A program made the translations under genes and the position numbers. 64,000 bases of DNA from Armatimonadota bacterium (lineage in GTDB: Bacteria; Armatimonadota; UBA5829; DSUL01), in assembly GCA_039811685.1 (NCBI GenBank), contig JBDHZC010000003.1, forward strand, positions 256,001 through 320,000. Direction: 5' to 3'. Positions within the stretch are counted from its first letter, which is position 1. Every line of letters begins with the position of its first letter. The notes beneath the pieces are model-generated. The model was not told where the DNA came from. It did not search any database and worked only from the letters and a program-made list of their open reading frames with translations. Shown here one piece after another: positions 20,276-30,489 of this stretch.

Positions 20276-20424
20276 CAGTTCGTCCCTGCGCTGGTCGTGT
20301 GTTTGTGTTGTGGTTGGTTGTGACTGGGTCCGTTGTCCGCAGTCTCCACACTGGAGTTCAGCTTACAGAAAGTTGGATTTCAGCGCGCAAAGCTAGTGAG
20401 GGCTCAAGGTCCGAAACGCCGAAA

Positions 20425-20460
20425 GGGTGGCAGCGCGACACGTGTCAGCGCTTGCCACCC
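20425..20460 (-). terminator. Terminator-like hairpin after pilin copy 3
   Basis: GGGTGGCAAGCGC...GCGCTGCCACCC followed by TTT. Confidence 0.65.
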
Positions 20461-20477
20461 GGAAAGCTCAGATCAGT

Positions 20478-20837
20478 TTATGGCAGGGTGTGCCCTGTCA
20501 CTGTGCACGTTGGGTCGGTATCAACCGTTCCGATGGTGTAGGTGCCGCCGGCCGGGCAGGCTGGCATAGCAGAGCCTTTGATGTAGGTGCCCAGCAGGTT
20601 GGCGGATGTCACGCTGGCAGTGCCTGCCAGGCGGTTGTCCATTGCGTACTGCTGCTTGGCAGAATCAATCTGCTTCAAGTTGGCGATACAGCTCTTGGTG
20701 CGAGAGGAATCCCTCGCTTGAATGAAGTTCGGGACCGCGATGGCCAGAAGGATGCCGATAATCAGCACCACGATCATGATTTCGATAAGGGTGAACCCCT
20801 CTCGAGACTTGCGAAGCCGCTTAGCGAATGAAGTCAT
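20478..20837 (-). CDS. Type IV major pilin, copy 3
   Basis: EG|FTLIEIMIVVLIIGILLAIAVPNF; 105-aa mature protein. Confidence 0.93.
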   Translation of the reverse strand: MTSFAKRLRKSREGFTLIEIMIVVLIIGILLAIAVPNFIQARDSSRTKSCIANLKQIDSAKQQYAMDNRLAGTASVTSANLLGTYIKGSAMPACPAGGTYTIGTVDTDPTCTVTGHTLP

Positions 20838-21021
20838 CTACTAGTCCTTTGTGATGATTCCCGTCCCTCTTGACAAGGTGGTGGAGAAACGGGTGTTGCG
20901 ACCGCCACAACCAGGGCATGGCGGTCTGGTCTCATTACCAGTTGTTCCATGCGAATATCTGTTGATGGCACAGCTTTTTTGCCTGCTTTGCATCTGTGCC
21001 GCTGTCCTCATGCGTGGCGCC

Positions 21022-21055
21022 AAAAAAAAGCGGCCCGCGCGTAGCGAGCCGCTTC
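21022..21055 (-). terminator. Intrinsic terminator after pilin copy 2
   Basis: AGCGGCTCGC-TACGC-GCGGGCCGCT followed by a long T-run. Confidence 0.85.
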
Positions 21056-21085
21056 CTCCAAAAAAAGGAACAGATCGAGAACCGC

Positions 21086-21442
21086 TTACGGCAGGGCGTG
21101 CCCTGTCACTGTGCAGGTGGGATCGGTATCGACAGTTCCGATAGTGTAGGTGCCGCCACCCGGGCAGGCGGGCATAGCAGTGCCTTTGATGTAGGTGCCC
21201 AGCAGGTTGGCGGATGTGACGCTGGCAGTGCCTGCCAGGCGGTTGTCCATTGCGTACTGTTGCTTCGCCGAGTCAATCTGCTTCAAGTTGGCGATGCAGC
21301 TCTTTGTGCGAGAGGAGTCCCTGGCCTGAATGAAGTTCGGGACGGCGATAGCCAGAAGGATGCCGATAATCAGCACCACAATCATGATTTCGATCAGCGT
21401 AAAGCCTTTGCGGGACTTCCTGATACGGTTGAGACTCAACAT
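21086..21442 (-). CDS. Type IV major pilin, copy 2
   Basis: KG|FTLIEIMIVV...; SD AGGAG upstream of ATG 21442. Confidence 0.93.
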   Translation of the reverse strand: MLSLNRIRKSRKGFTLIEIMIVVLIIGILLAIAVPNFIQARDSSRTKSCIANLKQIDSAKQQYAMDNRLAGTASVTSANLLGTYIKGTAMPACPGGGTYTIGTVDTDPTCTVTGHALP

Positions 21443-21677
21443 CTTTTCCATTCTCCTGATAGGGTTTGACCACGCCTTCAGATAGGGCAAGCCCGCAGGA
21501 CAGGGAAGAACGATAACCAGCTTTGAGTGCAGGTGAAGATTGTCCGTTGCGGTCTTGGCGGTGTCTGTTGTGGTCGAGAGCCTGGCGCTAACTGGCCCAG
21601 GCGAAGTACAGTCAAGGGATTTGTTCCGCTCAGAAGCACATCCGACGACTGTGATAAATGCGGGCTTTTCGGGACAC

Positions 21678-21707
21678 AAAAAACCAGCGCGCCAAAGGCG
21701 CGCTGGC
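21678..21707 (-). terminator. Intrinsic terminator after pilin copy 1
   Basis: CCAGCGCGCC-TTT-GGCGCGCTGG followed by TTTTTT. Confidence 0.85.
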
Positions 21708-21741
21708 AAAGACAAGTATTCTAAGGTGGACGCCTCTACCG

Positions 21742-22113
21742 CTACGGCAGGGTGTGCCCGGTGATTGTACAGGTCGGGTCAGTGTCCACGGTGCCTATGG
21801 TATAGGTGCCGCCGGCCGGGCACGCAGGCATCGCACTGCCCTTAATATAGGTGCCCAGCAAGTTCGCGCCGGTTACGGAAGCCGTTCCTGAAAGGTTGTT
21901 GTCCATCGCGTACTGGTGCTTTGCGCCGTCAATCTGCTTGAGGTTAGCGATGCAGCTCTTGGTGCGCGAAGAGTCTCTTGCCTGGATGAAGTTCGGGACC
22001 GCAATGGCTAGAAGGATGCCGATAATCAGCACCACAATCATAATCTCGATGAGCGTAAAGCCTTTTCGAGATTGCGTAATCCTCTGACGGAATCTGTTCT
22101 GAAGGAAAAGCAT
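21742..22113 (-). CDS. Type IV major pilin, copy 1
   Basis: KG|FTLIEIMIVV...; SD GGGAG upstream of ATG 22113. Confidence 0.93.
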   Translation of the reverse strand: MLFLQNRFRQRITQSRKGFTLIEIMIVVLIIGILLAIAVPNFIQARDSSRTKSCIANLKQIDGAKHQYAMDNNLSGTASVTGANLLGTYIKGSAMPACPAGGTYTIGTVDTDPTCTITGHTLP

Positions 22114-22400
22114 AGATAAGGTCTCCCGGTGCGTGGTGGGTGGAGGAGAAGCCGCCGTACCACTGTGACAGCTGTAGCTGTCCGGTGAGAGCGCAGGCAT
22201 CTCCGCCAGGCGATTTTGTCAGGCTGTCAGGTCTACTAGTGCCGGACCGGCCCAAGTGTGTTGTATCTACTACTTTCCGTGTCAGAATGTTCATCGATCC
22301 CCGTAGTTGTGCGGGAAGATTGGCCAGACTTCACAATCCTGGTGTAGGCAGCCTCCTTACAAATCCGGCTCCAACCTGATCTGGATGGCCCTTTGGGGTC

Positions 22401-23507
22401 TCAGATTACTTCCAGATCATCGCGGGACGGCAACTCGGGAAACGGCGCGGTCGGCAGCGTCTGATACCACAAAGCGCAGGAGGATATGTCATCCTGCAGA
22501 GGGAGGTAGCGCCCTCTGCTGCGCCATCCGAGCGCCTGCATGGTTACGCGCAGATCCCGCTCAAACCGGACTGGATCCATAATGTGCCAGCGGTACAGAC
22601 CGAAGCCGGTCTGTGACTGGTACGTTCCGTCCGGGCGTATCACCTGTGGAAGCCCGGCGTACGCTGTTGAGAACTCTGTGTACTGCCCTTCTCTGTCAAA
22701 GTTGTAACTTCCACAGAAGTAGTCTTCAGTGCCGGTGCCTGCTATTGTGGGAAACTCCTTATCCCCATCCATATAGAACTTGATCTCGCCTTCTCCCCAC
22801 CAGCCCGTGTTGTTTACCTGCCAGGCCATGTATGTCCCCACGTACTGACCCTGTCCTTTGACACCGTCGAGAATCGTGTAAGGCTCCTTGTAAGGAAGGG
22901 GATTAGTGCGTCGGAACTGGGCGTGGAAATAGGCTGCATCCTCCGGGACGTCAGTCAGCGTGTAGTTGATCTGGTAGAAGAGGGTCATTGGCTCCTCACC
23001 GATATTACTGAACGTGATTTTGCAGGACTTGCGAAATGGCATCTCCCAGTAGCAGTTAAAAGCGCTGCCCGGGTTGACACACACGGGAAGGGAGTTCACG
23101 TGCGCGTATCTGCTCCATCCGCAGGCGAAGAAATCGCCAACCGGGCACTCTACGGACGGCTGATCTTGGCCGTCCCAGTAGATTCGCAGGATTGAGAAAC
23201 GCCAGTGACCCGTGGGTGTCATCCATATCTGCTGAATAGCGCCAGACTCATTGATATCAGCGATCGTGCGTGTCTCACCCGGTTCAATGCGAATGCTTGG
23301 AGAGACTTTCCACCCCTGACCCAGATCGCGAGCGCAGCCCGCACCTGTGCCGCCCGTCCAGTTCCCGTCGGAGTCCTGTTTCGGGACAGCCATTGCCGCT
23401 TTGCCCTTCTCGCCTGTGAAGTTCTCAGGGCTGATAGAGCGGGTGCGCGCATTGGAGAGCCTGGCCAGGTTTCCCAGATGCAGTCCGAGACCGTTGAATC
23501 CTGTCAT
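22401..23507 (-). CDS. DUF2961 / glycoside hydrolase family 172 protein (cytoplasmic)
   Basis: [48 protein letters not shown]. Confidence 0.9.
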   Translation of the reverse strand: MTGFNGLGLHLGNLARLSNARTRSISPENFTGEKGKAAMAVPKQDSDGNWTGGTGAGCARDLGQGWKVSPSIRIEPGETRTIADINESGAIQQIWMTPTGHWRFSILRIYWDGQDQPSVECPVGDFFACGWSRYAHVNSLPVCVNPGSAFNCYWEMPFRKSCKITFSNIGEEPMTLFYQINYTLTDVPEDAAYFHAQFRRTNPLPYKEPYTILDGVKGQGQYVGTYMAWQVNNTGWWGEGEIKFYMDGDKEFPTIAGTGTEDYFCGSYNFDREGQYTEFSTAYAGLPQVIRPDGTYQSQTGFGLYRWHIMDPVRFERDLRVTMQALGWRSRGRYLPLQDDISSCALWYQTLPTAPFPELPSRDDLEVI

Positions 23508-23749
23508 AGCAAAACCTCTTTTACTGGTAGTGTGGTATCTGACAAAACGTGCTCATTCTACTGCATACCTGTTTGCTTGACTAGGTAATCACGGCAAGAG
23601 ATCGTTGGCGCCCGCAACATGACTACACCCCTCGGAGTCAGCACGTAATCCCGTGCGCGCAGCCACAGACGCCCCTGGGCGCGGCTGCAATCTCTCTGCG
23701 TGCAGCCTGTCACGATGCGTCGTAGCCGCTATAATACTCTGGAGCTTTG

Positions 23750-25663
23750 ATGGACAAGAACACGCCAATCCCTCATTCAGATGTCATTGTTGTCGGTGCG
23801 GGCCACGCTGGCTGTGAAGCGGCGCTTGCCTCTGCGCGCCTTGGCCTGCAAACCACGGTTCTCACTTTGTCCATCGAAAAAGTTGCCCTGATGCCGTGTA
23901 ACTGCTCGATCGGCGGTCCGGCCAAGGGGCAGGTTGTGCGGGAAATTGATGCTCTCGGTGGTCAGATGGCGCTCAATGCCGACGCCACCACAACTCATGT
24001 GAGGATGCTTAACACCGGAAAGGGCCCGGCTGTTCAGGCTCTGCGCGCCCAATGTGACAAGCTGCTCTATCAACAGACCATGGGCAGCGTCCTGCTTTCA
24101 GAGCCTAATCTCGCGCTTGTGGAAGGCAAGGTGGTTGGGGTACTGGTAGAAGATGGCCGGGCACGCGGAGTGCTCACCTCGGATGGCCGGGAAATCCAGG
24201 CGTCTGCTGTCATCATCACAACGGGGACATTTCTGAATGGCCTGTGTCACTACGGAGAGCAGCAGATAAGCGCGGGTCGGCGAGGAGAGGCTCCTGCGAC
24301 TGAGCTGTCACAGTCTCTGAAAGAGCTTGGCTTCCCGCTTGGACGCCTGAAGACCGGCACTACTCCCCGGGTCAACAAACAAAGTCTCAATTTCGAGAGA
24401 CTGGAAGTCCAGCCGTCAGACATTCAACCGCTGGCGTTTTCGTATATGGCGGAGCCTGTCGCGGCCACTGACCATCGGCACGATCTGTTGCCCTGCTGGG
24501 TGACATCCACAACTCTTGAAACCCGGCGCATTATTGAGGCGAATCTTCACCGTTCAGCTATGTACAGCGGGCGCATCGAGGGTATCGGGCCACGCTATTG
24601 TCCAAGTATTGAAGATAAAGTTGTAAATTTCCCACATCGCCAAACCCATCAGATCTTCCTGGAACAGGAAGGCTGGAACACTGACTCCATCTACGTTCAG
24701 GGCATGTCTTCAAGCTTACCTGCTGAAGTTCAACTGGAATTCTTACACAGTGTGCCAGGACTGGAAGACGCAGAAATGCTCGTCCCGGGCTATGCGGTCG
24801 AGTATGACTTCGTGCCACCGACGGAGCTCTACCCAACTCTTGAGACAAAGGCGATCAGCGGTCTTTACTTCGCCGGCCAGCTCAACGGCACTTCCGGCTA
24901 TGAAGAAGCAGCGGGGCAGGGCCTTGTCGCCGGAGCAAACGCGGCTCTAAAGCTCCAGGGGCGGGCGCCCTTTGTGATGGACAGGACCCAAAGCTACATT
25001 GGAGTCATGATTGATGATCTTGTCACCAAAGGTGTCAACGATCCTTATCGGCTGCTTACGTCCCGTGCTGAACACCGCCTGCTGTTGCGTCATGACAATG
25101 CCGACACTCGACTGACTGCGCTTGGGCGAGAGATTGGGCTCGTGGATGACGCTCGCTGGGAGCGCTTCTGCGCGAGGCAGGAACAGATCAGGCTGGAGCG
25201 CAGGATTCTCGAGGATACCCGTGTTCCCGCCGAGCTGGCCCGAGATCTGAATCTTTCTCGATCAGATGGGCTCTCACTGGCCACTCTGCTAAAGAGGCCG
25301 GAGATCCGCTACGAAGACATCGCGCGCCATAACGGGTGCGCCAGCCTGAGCCCGGATGTCGCCAGACAGGTAGAGATTGAAATCAAGTACGAGGGCTATA
25401 TCAAGATGCAAAGCGCGCAGGCAGAGCGTCAGCGCAATCTGGACGACTGGGCTGTGCCTGCACACTTTGACTATCAGTCTTACCAGGCCCTGTCACGAGA
25501 AGGCCGTGACAAACTTTCGCGCATCCGGCCGTTGACTCTCGGACAGGCGTCGCGGATTCCCGGTATTACGCCCGCGGATATCTCGATCCTGATGGTTCAC
25601 CTGTCCCGCCTGAGGCAGGAAAATGCGACGCGTATCCCAGCGTCAGATTCTCTGGCTGGATAA
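23750..25663 (+). CDS. mnmG: tRNA uridine-5-carboxymethylaminomethyl(34) synthesis enzyme
   Basis: [50 protein letters not shown] at 23730. Confidence 0.98.
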   Translation: MDKNTPIPHSDVIVVGAGHAGCEAALASARLGLQTTVLTLSIEKVALMPCNCSIGGPAKGQVVREIDALGGQMALNADATTTHVRMLNTGKGPAVQALRAQCDKLLYQQTMGSVLLSEPNLALVEGKVVGVLVEDGRARGVLTSDGREIQASAVIITTGTFLNGLCHYGEQQISAGRRGEAPATELSQSLKELGFPLGRLKTGTTPRVNKQSLNFERLEVQPSDIQPLAFSYMAEPVAATDHRHDLLPCWVTSTTLETRRIIEANLHRSAMYSGRIEGIGPRYCPSIEDKVVNFPHRQTHQIFLEQEGWNTDSIYVQGMSSSLPAEVQLEFLHSVPGLEDAEMLVPGYAVEYDFVPPTELYPTLETKAISGLYFAGQLNGTSGYEEAAGQGLVAGANAALKLQGRAPFVMDRTQSYIGVMIDDLVTKGVNDPYRLLTSRAEHRLLLRHDNADTRLTALGREIGLVDDARWERFCARQEQIRLERRILEDTRVPAELARDLNLSRSDGLSLATLLKRPEIRYEDIARHNGCASLSPDVARQVEIEIKYEGYIKMQSAQAERQRNLDDWAVPAHFDYQSYQALSREGRDKLSRIRPLTLGQASRIPGITPADISILMVHLSRLRQENATRIPASDSLAG

Positions 25664-25757
25664 GACTGATTTCCGCATTCTCCTCGGACAGTCCCGGTGA
25701 GCGCGACGCTTCCGGGATTGTTGCGCCAGCACACTGTCCTGCGGCTGTACGGGTAAC

Positions 25758-28514
25758 CTATCCGGCGTGCTTCCGCAAGAGTTGTCTGAGCACGTACTGC
25801 AGGATGCCGCCATGCCGGTAGTACTCTATCTCCTGGGGAGTATCAATTCGCACCGTCGCTGCAAAGGTGGTCTCCACATCCAGCAGTTTCGCCCGTACGT
25901 TCACGGTACGCCCGCCCTCAAAGCCGCTTTTCAGCTTGTCTGAGAGACCTTCTATCGAGAACTCCTCGTGGCCGGTCAACTTCAGAGACTCGGCGCTCTC
26001 TCCAGGAAGAAACTGCAGAGGCAGGACTCCCATTCCGACAAGATTTGAGCGGTGAATGCGCTCGTAGCTTTCAGCAATGACAGCTTTCACGCCCTGCAGA
26101 TAGGGGCCCTTTGCCGCCCAGTCCCGGCTTGATCCAGACCCGTACTCCTTGCCTGCCAGCACCACCAGAGGCGTTCCACTGGCCTGATATTTCACGGCAG
26201 CGTCGAAGATTGACATAACTTCGCCCGTGGGGAGATATGTTGTAAAGCCGCCTTCGGTACCGGGCGCTATCCGGTTGCGAATCCGTATGTTGGCAAACGT
26301 CCCGCGCACCATAACCTCGTGGTTTCCGCGCCTCGATCCGTACGAGTTGAACCGCGCCGGGGAGACACCGTGCTCACGAAGGTATTTTCCGGCGGGAGAG
26401 TCAGCCTTGATACTGCCGGCCGGAGAGATGTGATCTGTCGTGACGCTGTCACCAAGCCACGCCAGCACTCTGGCGCCTGCGATGTCCGGCACACTTTCCG
26501 GAGCTTCCGGACTCATATTCTCAAAGTAAGGCGGGTGCTTGATGTAGGTCGAGTCCGGATTCCAGGCGAACAGCGCGCCCTCCGGAGCGTCTATAGCGTT
26601 CCAGTGCTCATCCCCTTCAAAGACCTCTGCGTAGTTCTGTCTGAACATATCGACCTTCAAAGCCTGCTCTATCGCTTCGCTGACTTCAGCTTGCGTGGGC
26701 CAGATATGGCGCAGATACACGGGCTCTCCGTCTGAACCGGTTCCCAGAGGCTCGTTGTACAGATCTACGTCCATCCGCCCGGTCAGCGCGTAGGCCACCA
26801 CCAGCGGCGGAGACATCAGGTAATTGGCGCGCACTTCAGGGTTTATCCGGCCTTCAAAGTTGCGGTTGCCGGACAGCACGCTGACCGCCACGAGCCTGCC
26901 TTCTTCGATTCCTTCGACAACGGGTTCGGGAAGAGGACCGGAATTGCCAATACACGTTGTGCATCCGTATCCGACTGTGTTAAATCTCAGCTTGTTGAGA
27001 TAAGGCGTCAACCCGGCCTGGTCGAGATAGCGTGTCACAACTCGAGACCCTGGCGCCAGAGAGGTCTTAACCCAAGGCTTGGTGTCCAGACCACGCTCTA
27101 CGGCCTTCTTCGCCAGAAGGCCAGCAGCCACCATGACCGATGGATTTGATGTGTTGGTGCAGCTTGTTATTGCCGCAATCACAATACTCCCGTGGTGTAG
27201 CGGGAAAGACTCACCGTTCATCGTCACCGTGACAGTCTCGGGTTTCGCTGTGGCAGCGACGGCCGGACCGGGTTGAGCCGCAGTGCCGGGCAGGGGTTCC
27301 AGGGACTCCGCAGGCCCAAGCAGCCCGGGCAGAGCCTCGTGAAACGCTGTGGCGGCGTTAGAGAGGCTGATGCGGTCCTGTGGCCGGCGCGGTCCGGCGA
27401 TGCTTGGCTCAACGGTGTTGAGATCGAGCTCCAGAGTGTCTGAGTAATCTGCCTTGGGAGAGTCCGGCTCGTGGAAGAGACCTTGCTCCTTCATATAGGT
27501 CTCCACGAGCGTGACCTGCTCTTCTGACCTTCCGGAGAAGCGAAGATAGCGCAGGCTCTCCTTGTCAATTGGGAAAATGCCACACGTGGCCCCGTACTCC
27601 GGCGCCATGTTTGCAATGGTCGCCCGATCCGCCAACGGCAGATGCATTAAACCCGGGCCGTAGAACTCCACAAACTTTCCGACAACCCCCTTCTTGCGCA
27701 GCATCTCGGTCACAGTCAGTACCAGATCTGTAGCTGTTGCGCCTTCAGGCAGCGCGTTCACCAGCCGGAATCCCACGACCTGAGGAATCAGCATTGAGAG
27801 AGGTTGTCCGAGCATGGCGGCCTCAGCCTCAATACCTCCGACACCCCACCCGAGTACACCCAGACCGTTCACCATCGTCGTGTGTGAGTCTGTTCCAAGC
27901 AATGTGTCTGGGTAGGCCAGCCTCTCCTCACCGTCTGAAGTGAAGACGACCCGCGCAAGGTATTCCAGATTGACCTGATGGACAATTCCCGTGCTTGGCG
28001 GCACGGCTCTGAAGTTCTTGAACGTGCCCTGACCCCACTTGAGAAACGCATACCGCTCCACGTTGCGTTCAAACTCAAGCTCCACGTTCAAAGCCAGAGC
28101 AGCATCCGAGCCGTACGCATCCACCTGGACGGAGTGATCAATGACAAGTTCGACCGGCTGGAGAGGGTTGATTTTGCTCGGGTCGCCTCCGAGGCGGGCC
28201 ATGGCGTCGCGCATAGCGGCCAGGTCCACCACGCACGGCACACCCGTAAAATCCTGAAGGAGCACACGCGCGGGAGTGAAGGCGATTTCCCCGTGAGGCA
28301 TCTGCGATGCGTCCCACGTAGCCAGCGCGCGGATGTCTTCAGGAGTCACGCTGAGGCCGTTTTCAGTTCTGAGCAGATTCTCAAGAAGAATGCGCAGGGA
28401 GTAGGGCAGTCTCGAAAGTGAGCCGGCCTCGTTCTCCAGCGCCTGAAGTCGGTAAATCGTGTAGTCCACGCCGCTGGATCGCAGTGTGCTTTTGGCTCCG
28501 AAGCTGTTATTCAA
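25758..28514 (-). CDS. acnA: Aconitate hydratase A
   Basis: [47 protein letters not shown] start at 28514 after GGAGGAG. Confidence 0.98.
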   Translation of the reverse strand: MNNSFGAKSTLRSSGVDYTIYRLQALENEAGSLSRLPYSLRILLENLLRTENGLSVTPEDIRALATWDASQMPHGEIAFTPARVLLQDFTGVPCVVDLAAMRDAMARLGGDPSKINPLQPVELVIDHSVQVDAYGSDAALALNVELEFERNVERYAFLKWGQGTFKNFRAVPPSTGIVHQVNLEYLARVVFTSDGEERLAYPDTLLGTDSHTTMVNGLGVLGWGVGGIEAEAAMLGQPLSMLIPQVVGFRLVNALPEGATATDLVLTVTEMLRKKGVVGKFVEFYGPGLMHLPLADRATIANMAPEYGATCGIFPIDKESLRYLRFSGRSEEQVTLVETYMKEQGLFHEPDSPKADYSDTLELDLNTVEPSIAGPRRPQDRISLSNAATAFHEALPGLLGPAESLEPLPGTAAQPGPAVAATAKPETVTVTMNGESFPLHHGSIVIAAITSCTNTSNPSVMVAAGLLAKKAVERGLDTKPWVKTSLAPGSRVVTRYLDQAGLTPYLNKLRFNTVGYGCTTCIGNSGPLPEPVVEGIEEGRLVAVSVLSGNRNFEGRINPEVRANYLMSPPLVVAYALTGRMDVDLYNEPLGTGSDGEPVYLRHIWPTQAEVSEAIEQALKVDMFRQNYAEVFEGDEHWNAIDAPEGALFAWNPDSTYIKHPPYFENMSPEAPESVPDIAGARVLAWLGDSVTTDHISPAGSIKADSPAGKYLREHGVSPARFNSYGSRRGNHEVMVRGTFANIRIRNRIAPGTEGGFTTYLPTGEVMSIFDAAVKYQASGTPLVVLAGKEYGSGSSRDWAAKGPYLQGVKAVIAESYERIHRSNLVGMGVLPLQFLPGESAESLKLTGHEEFSIEGLSDKLKSGFEGGRTVNVRAKLLDVETTFAATVRIDTPQEIEYYRHGGILQYVLRQLLRKHAG

Positions 28515-28910
28515 TAGTTTCTCCTCCCAGGCCAAGGGACCGGCAAGTAGTCCTCTGGTCAGTCGCTGTGTCTTCGATTATGGCATGTCTGGCTACGCCC
28601 GGCGCAAGCGCTGGCGCTGCGCTGCACCTGTGCAGATATTCTGCCCGGCGCCGCAGATACGCACTCTTCATTTAACCTTATCGCCCACCGTGATCTGCGA
28701 GCTGCGCTCAGATACAAAACGGTTATGCTCAAAGAGGACGAGACCATTCAGCCTGATGTTTCACGCGAGCCGGCCAGGCGCGGCTGTGTCGCTCTGGAGA
28801 TGGCGGGGAACCGTTTTCGTTCTGTCGCAGTTGGTTTCAATGCGGCGGCGCATGAAGTTATTTGCAGTGTTTGACAGCGCGTGACGCAAGTCGCGCAGGA
28901 GGAATTCTCA

Positions 28911-29381
28911 TTGGAAACAGCGATCTTCGCGGCAGGTTGCTTCTGGGGTGTCGAGGAGGCTTTTCGATCGGTGCGCGGGGTGGAAAACGTAACGGTCGGC
29001 TACTGCGGCGGTCACACCTCCAGTCCCACCTATAAACAAGTGTGCTCGGGAGAGACCGGCCATGCCGAGGTGGCGCGGGTCGAGTTTGATCCCTCAGTCG
29101 TCAGCTATGGTGAGCTGCTGGAGGTGTTCTGGAAAATCCATGATCCCACTCAGTTGAACCGGCAGGGCCCGGACTTCGGGACGCAGTACAGATCAGCAGT
29201 TTTCTATACTGAGCCAGAGCAGCGCGACATTGCCGAAGAGTCCAAGCGTCAACTCCAGGCCAGCGGAAAATTCGCAAGGCCCGTCGTGACGGAAATCACA
29301 CCGGCTTCAACCTTCTGGCCGGCGGAAGACTATCATCAGCAGTATTTGTCCAAAAGAGGCGTCTCAGGCTGCCATCTCTGA
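28911..29381 (+). CDS. msrA: Peptide-methionine (S)-S-oxide reductase
   Basis: GCFWG, GHAE, HDPTQLNRQG, AEDYHQQY. Confidence 0.97.
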   Translation: METAIFAAGCFWGVEEAFRSVRGVENVTVGYCGGHTSSPTYKQVCSGETGHAEVARVEFDPSVVSYGELLEVFWKIHDPTQLNRQGPDFGTQYRSAVFYTEPEQRDIAEESKRQLQASGKFARPVVTEITPASTFWPAEDYHQQYLSKRGVSGCHL

Positions 29382-29424
29382 ATTGCGGCGAGAAAAATTC
29401 GCGCTTTTGGATTGGGCCCGCTGT

Positions 29425-29441
29425 TTGGCACGCTTTGTGCA
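29425..29441 (+). promoter_or_regulatory. Sigma54 (-24/-12) promoter
   Basis: TTGGCACGCTTTGTGCA, with GG-N10-GC and a perfect TGGCACG. Confidence 0.7.
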
Positions 29442-29451
29442 CTTAATATCT

Positions 29452-29531
29452 GCGGAAACCAAAACATCTTTTTCTCCTTCTGTCAGACTTATTTACAGTC
29501 GGCCCGCCGCAAGGCGGGCTTTTTCTTTTTT
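29452..29531 (+). ncRNA. Candidate sigma54-dependent small RNA (~80 nt)
   Basis: Starts about 12 nt after the -12 box; AACAUCUUUUUCUCCUUC segment; GCCCGCC-GCAA-GGCGGGC plus U-run terminator; no sense ORF. Confidence 0.6.
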
Positions 29532-29675
29532 CCTGAGCCCATACTCTGACAGAAAGGTGCGCTCTTCCCCGGCCGTCGCATCCTCAACATTCGTATTCTA
29601 AGCAGCAAAAGCGCACGGGGCTTTCTGCATCATAGTTCTTGCTGAATGTAGTGTGCTCATTCAGCCGCACGTCGC

Positions 29676-29707
29676 CCAGGCCTCTCAATCCGAGAGCTGG
29701 GCTTTTT
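29676..29707 (+). terminator. Terminator-like hairpin
   Basis: GCCCAG..CTCTC-AATCC-GAGAG-CTGGGC-TTTTT. Confidence 0.5.
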
Positions 29708-29967
29708 CAGAACACTGTTGGCTGACCCAGAGGAGGTATCTGGATTTGGGCGGTGTTCTTGAAGTGCTCGTGTGGTGCGCTTGACGGTTGTTTGCAGATT
29801 GCCTGGCCTGCGGCCGGCAGAATAACTCAGCAGAGGGCCTGAGTCCTGGCCAAAAGCGCGCCAAGAGCTCAGGTTTGAGTGTCGCACAGGACGGAGGCGT
29901 AGAACTGTGACGTCTCATGCACCTGCAGCGCGGCACGTTAGTGGGAAAAGCGGAGTTTGAAAAAGAA

Positions 29968-30041
29968 TCGGGGCGACAGGATTCGAACCTGCGACCACCG
30001 GTACCCCATACCGGTACGCTACCAAGCTGCGCCACGCCCCG
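29968..30041 (-). tRNA. tRNA-Pro(GGG), CCA not encoded
   Basis: CGGGGCG acceptor stem, anticodon arm CCGGT-ATGGGGT-ACCGG, GGTTCGAATCC T-arm; CTGACA-N18-TATAAT promoter near 30142-30171. Confidence 0.97.
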
Positions 30042-30489
30042 ACGGACCTTTCGCCTCAGGAATCTGCTCTCCATTTTGCCAGCCTGAGCTTTGCACGAGG
30101 CTGGCCTTGAAGGCAAGAACTACTGAGTGCGAAGCGCCCTTATTATACAGCACCAGCCAGAGAGTTGTCAGCAGCCTGGGGAAACATTGGTGGAAGGCTC
30201 TTGCAGAGAGGAACCCGTACACACTTTCGGGCGAAAAGCCACAAACTATAGCTGAGCCGCTCCTGCGCTACGTCCATGACCTTCGCCCGAAACCAGCGTT
30301 GCACGCCTTCTAGCCAGGCGCGCAACAAAAACTCGACTGTCACTTGGAACAACCGTATAAGAGACTGATTGGTTCCCGTTTCTGGCTCCAGGTTTTTGCT
30401 GATTTGCGGGCGTGTCACCTACAGGAATCTTTCAGGACGGAGGTACTGTTCCGATATAATGGATTGTGCGCTAAGCACGCGAGTTCGCT

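Noticed and set aside
20966..20982. Sigma54-like TGGCACAGCTTTTTTGC between pilin genes
   Set aside because: The GG-GC spacing is 12 rather than 10, and it lies on the strand opposite the pilins. It is better seen as half of a GGCACAG/CTGTGCC inverted repeat.
20478..22113. Pilin repeats as DGR template/variable regions or silent antigenic-variation cassettes
   Set aside because: There is no reverse transcriptase in the window. Differences are mostly synonymous and not adenine-specific, and all copies have a leader, SD and terminator.
20478..22113. Conductive (e-pili) pilins
   Set aside because: There are only five Phe/Tyr residues in 105, with long aromatic-free gaps.
29532..29967. Integrated element at tRNA-Pro
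   Set aside because: I saw no integrase and no duplicated tRNA 3' end.
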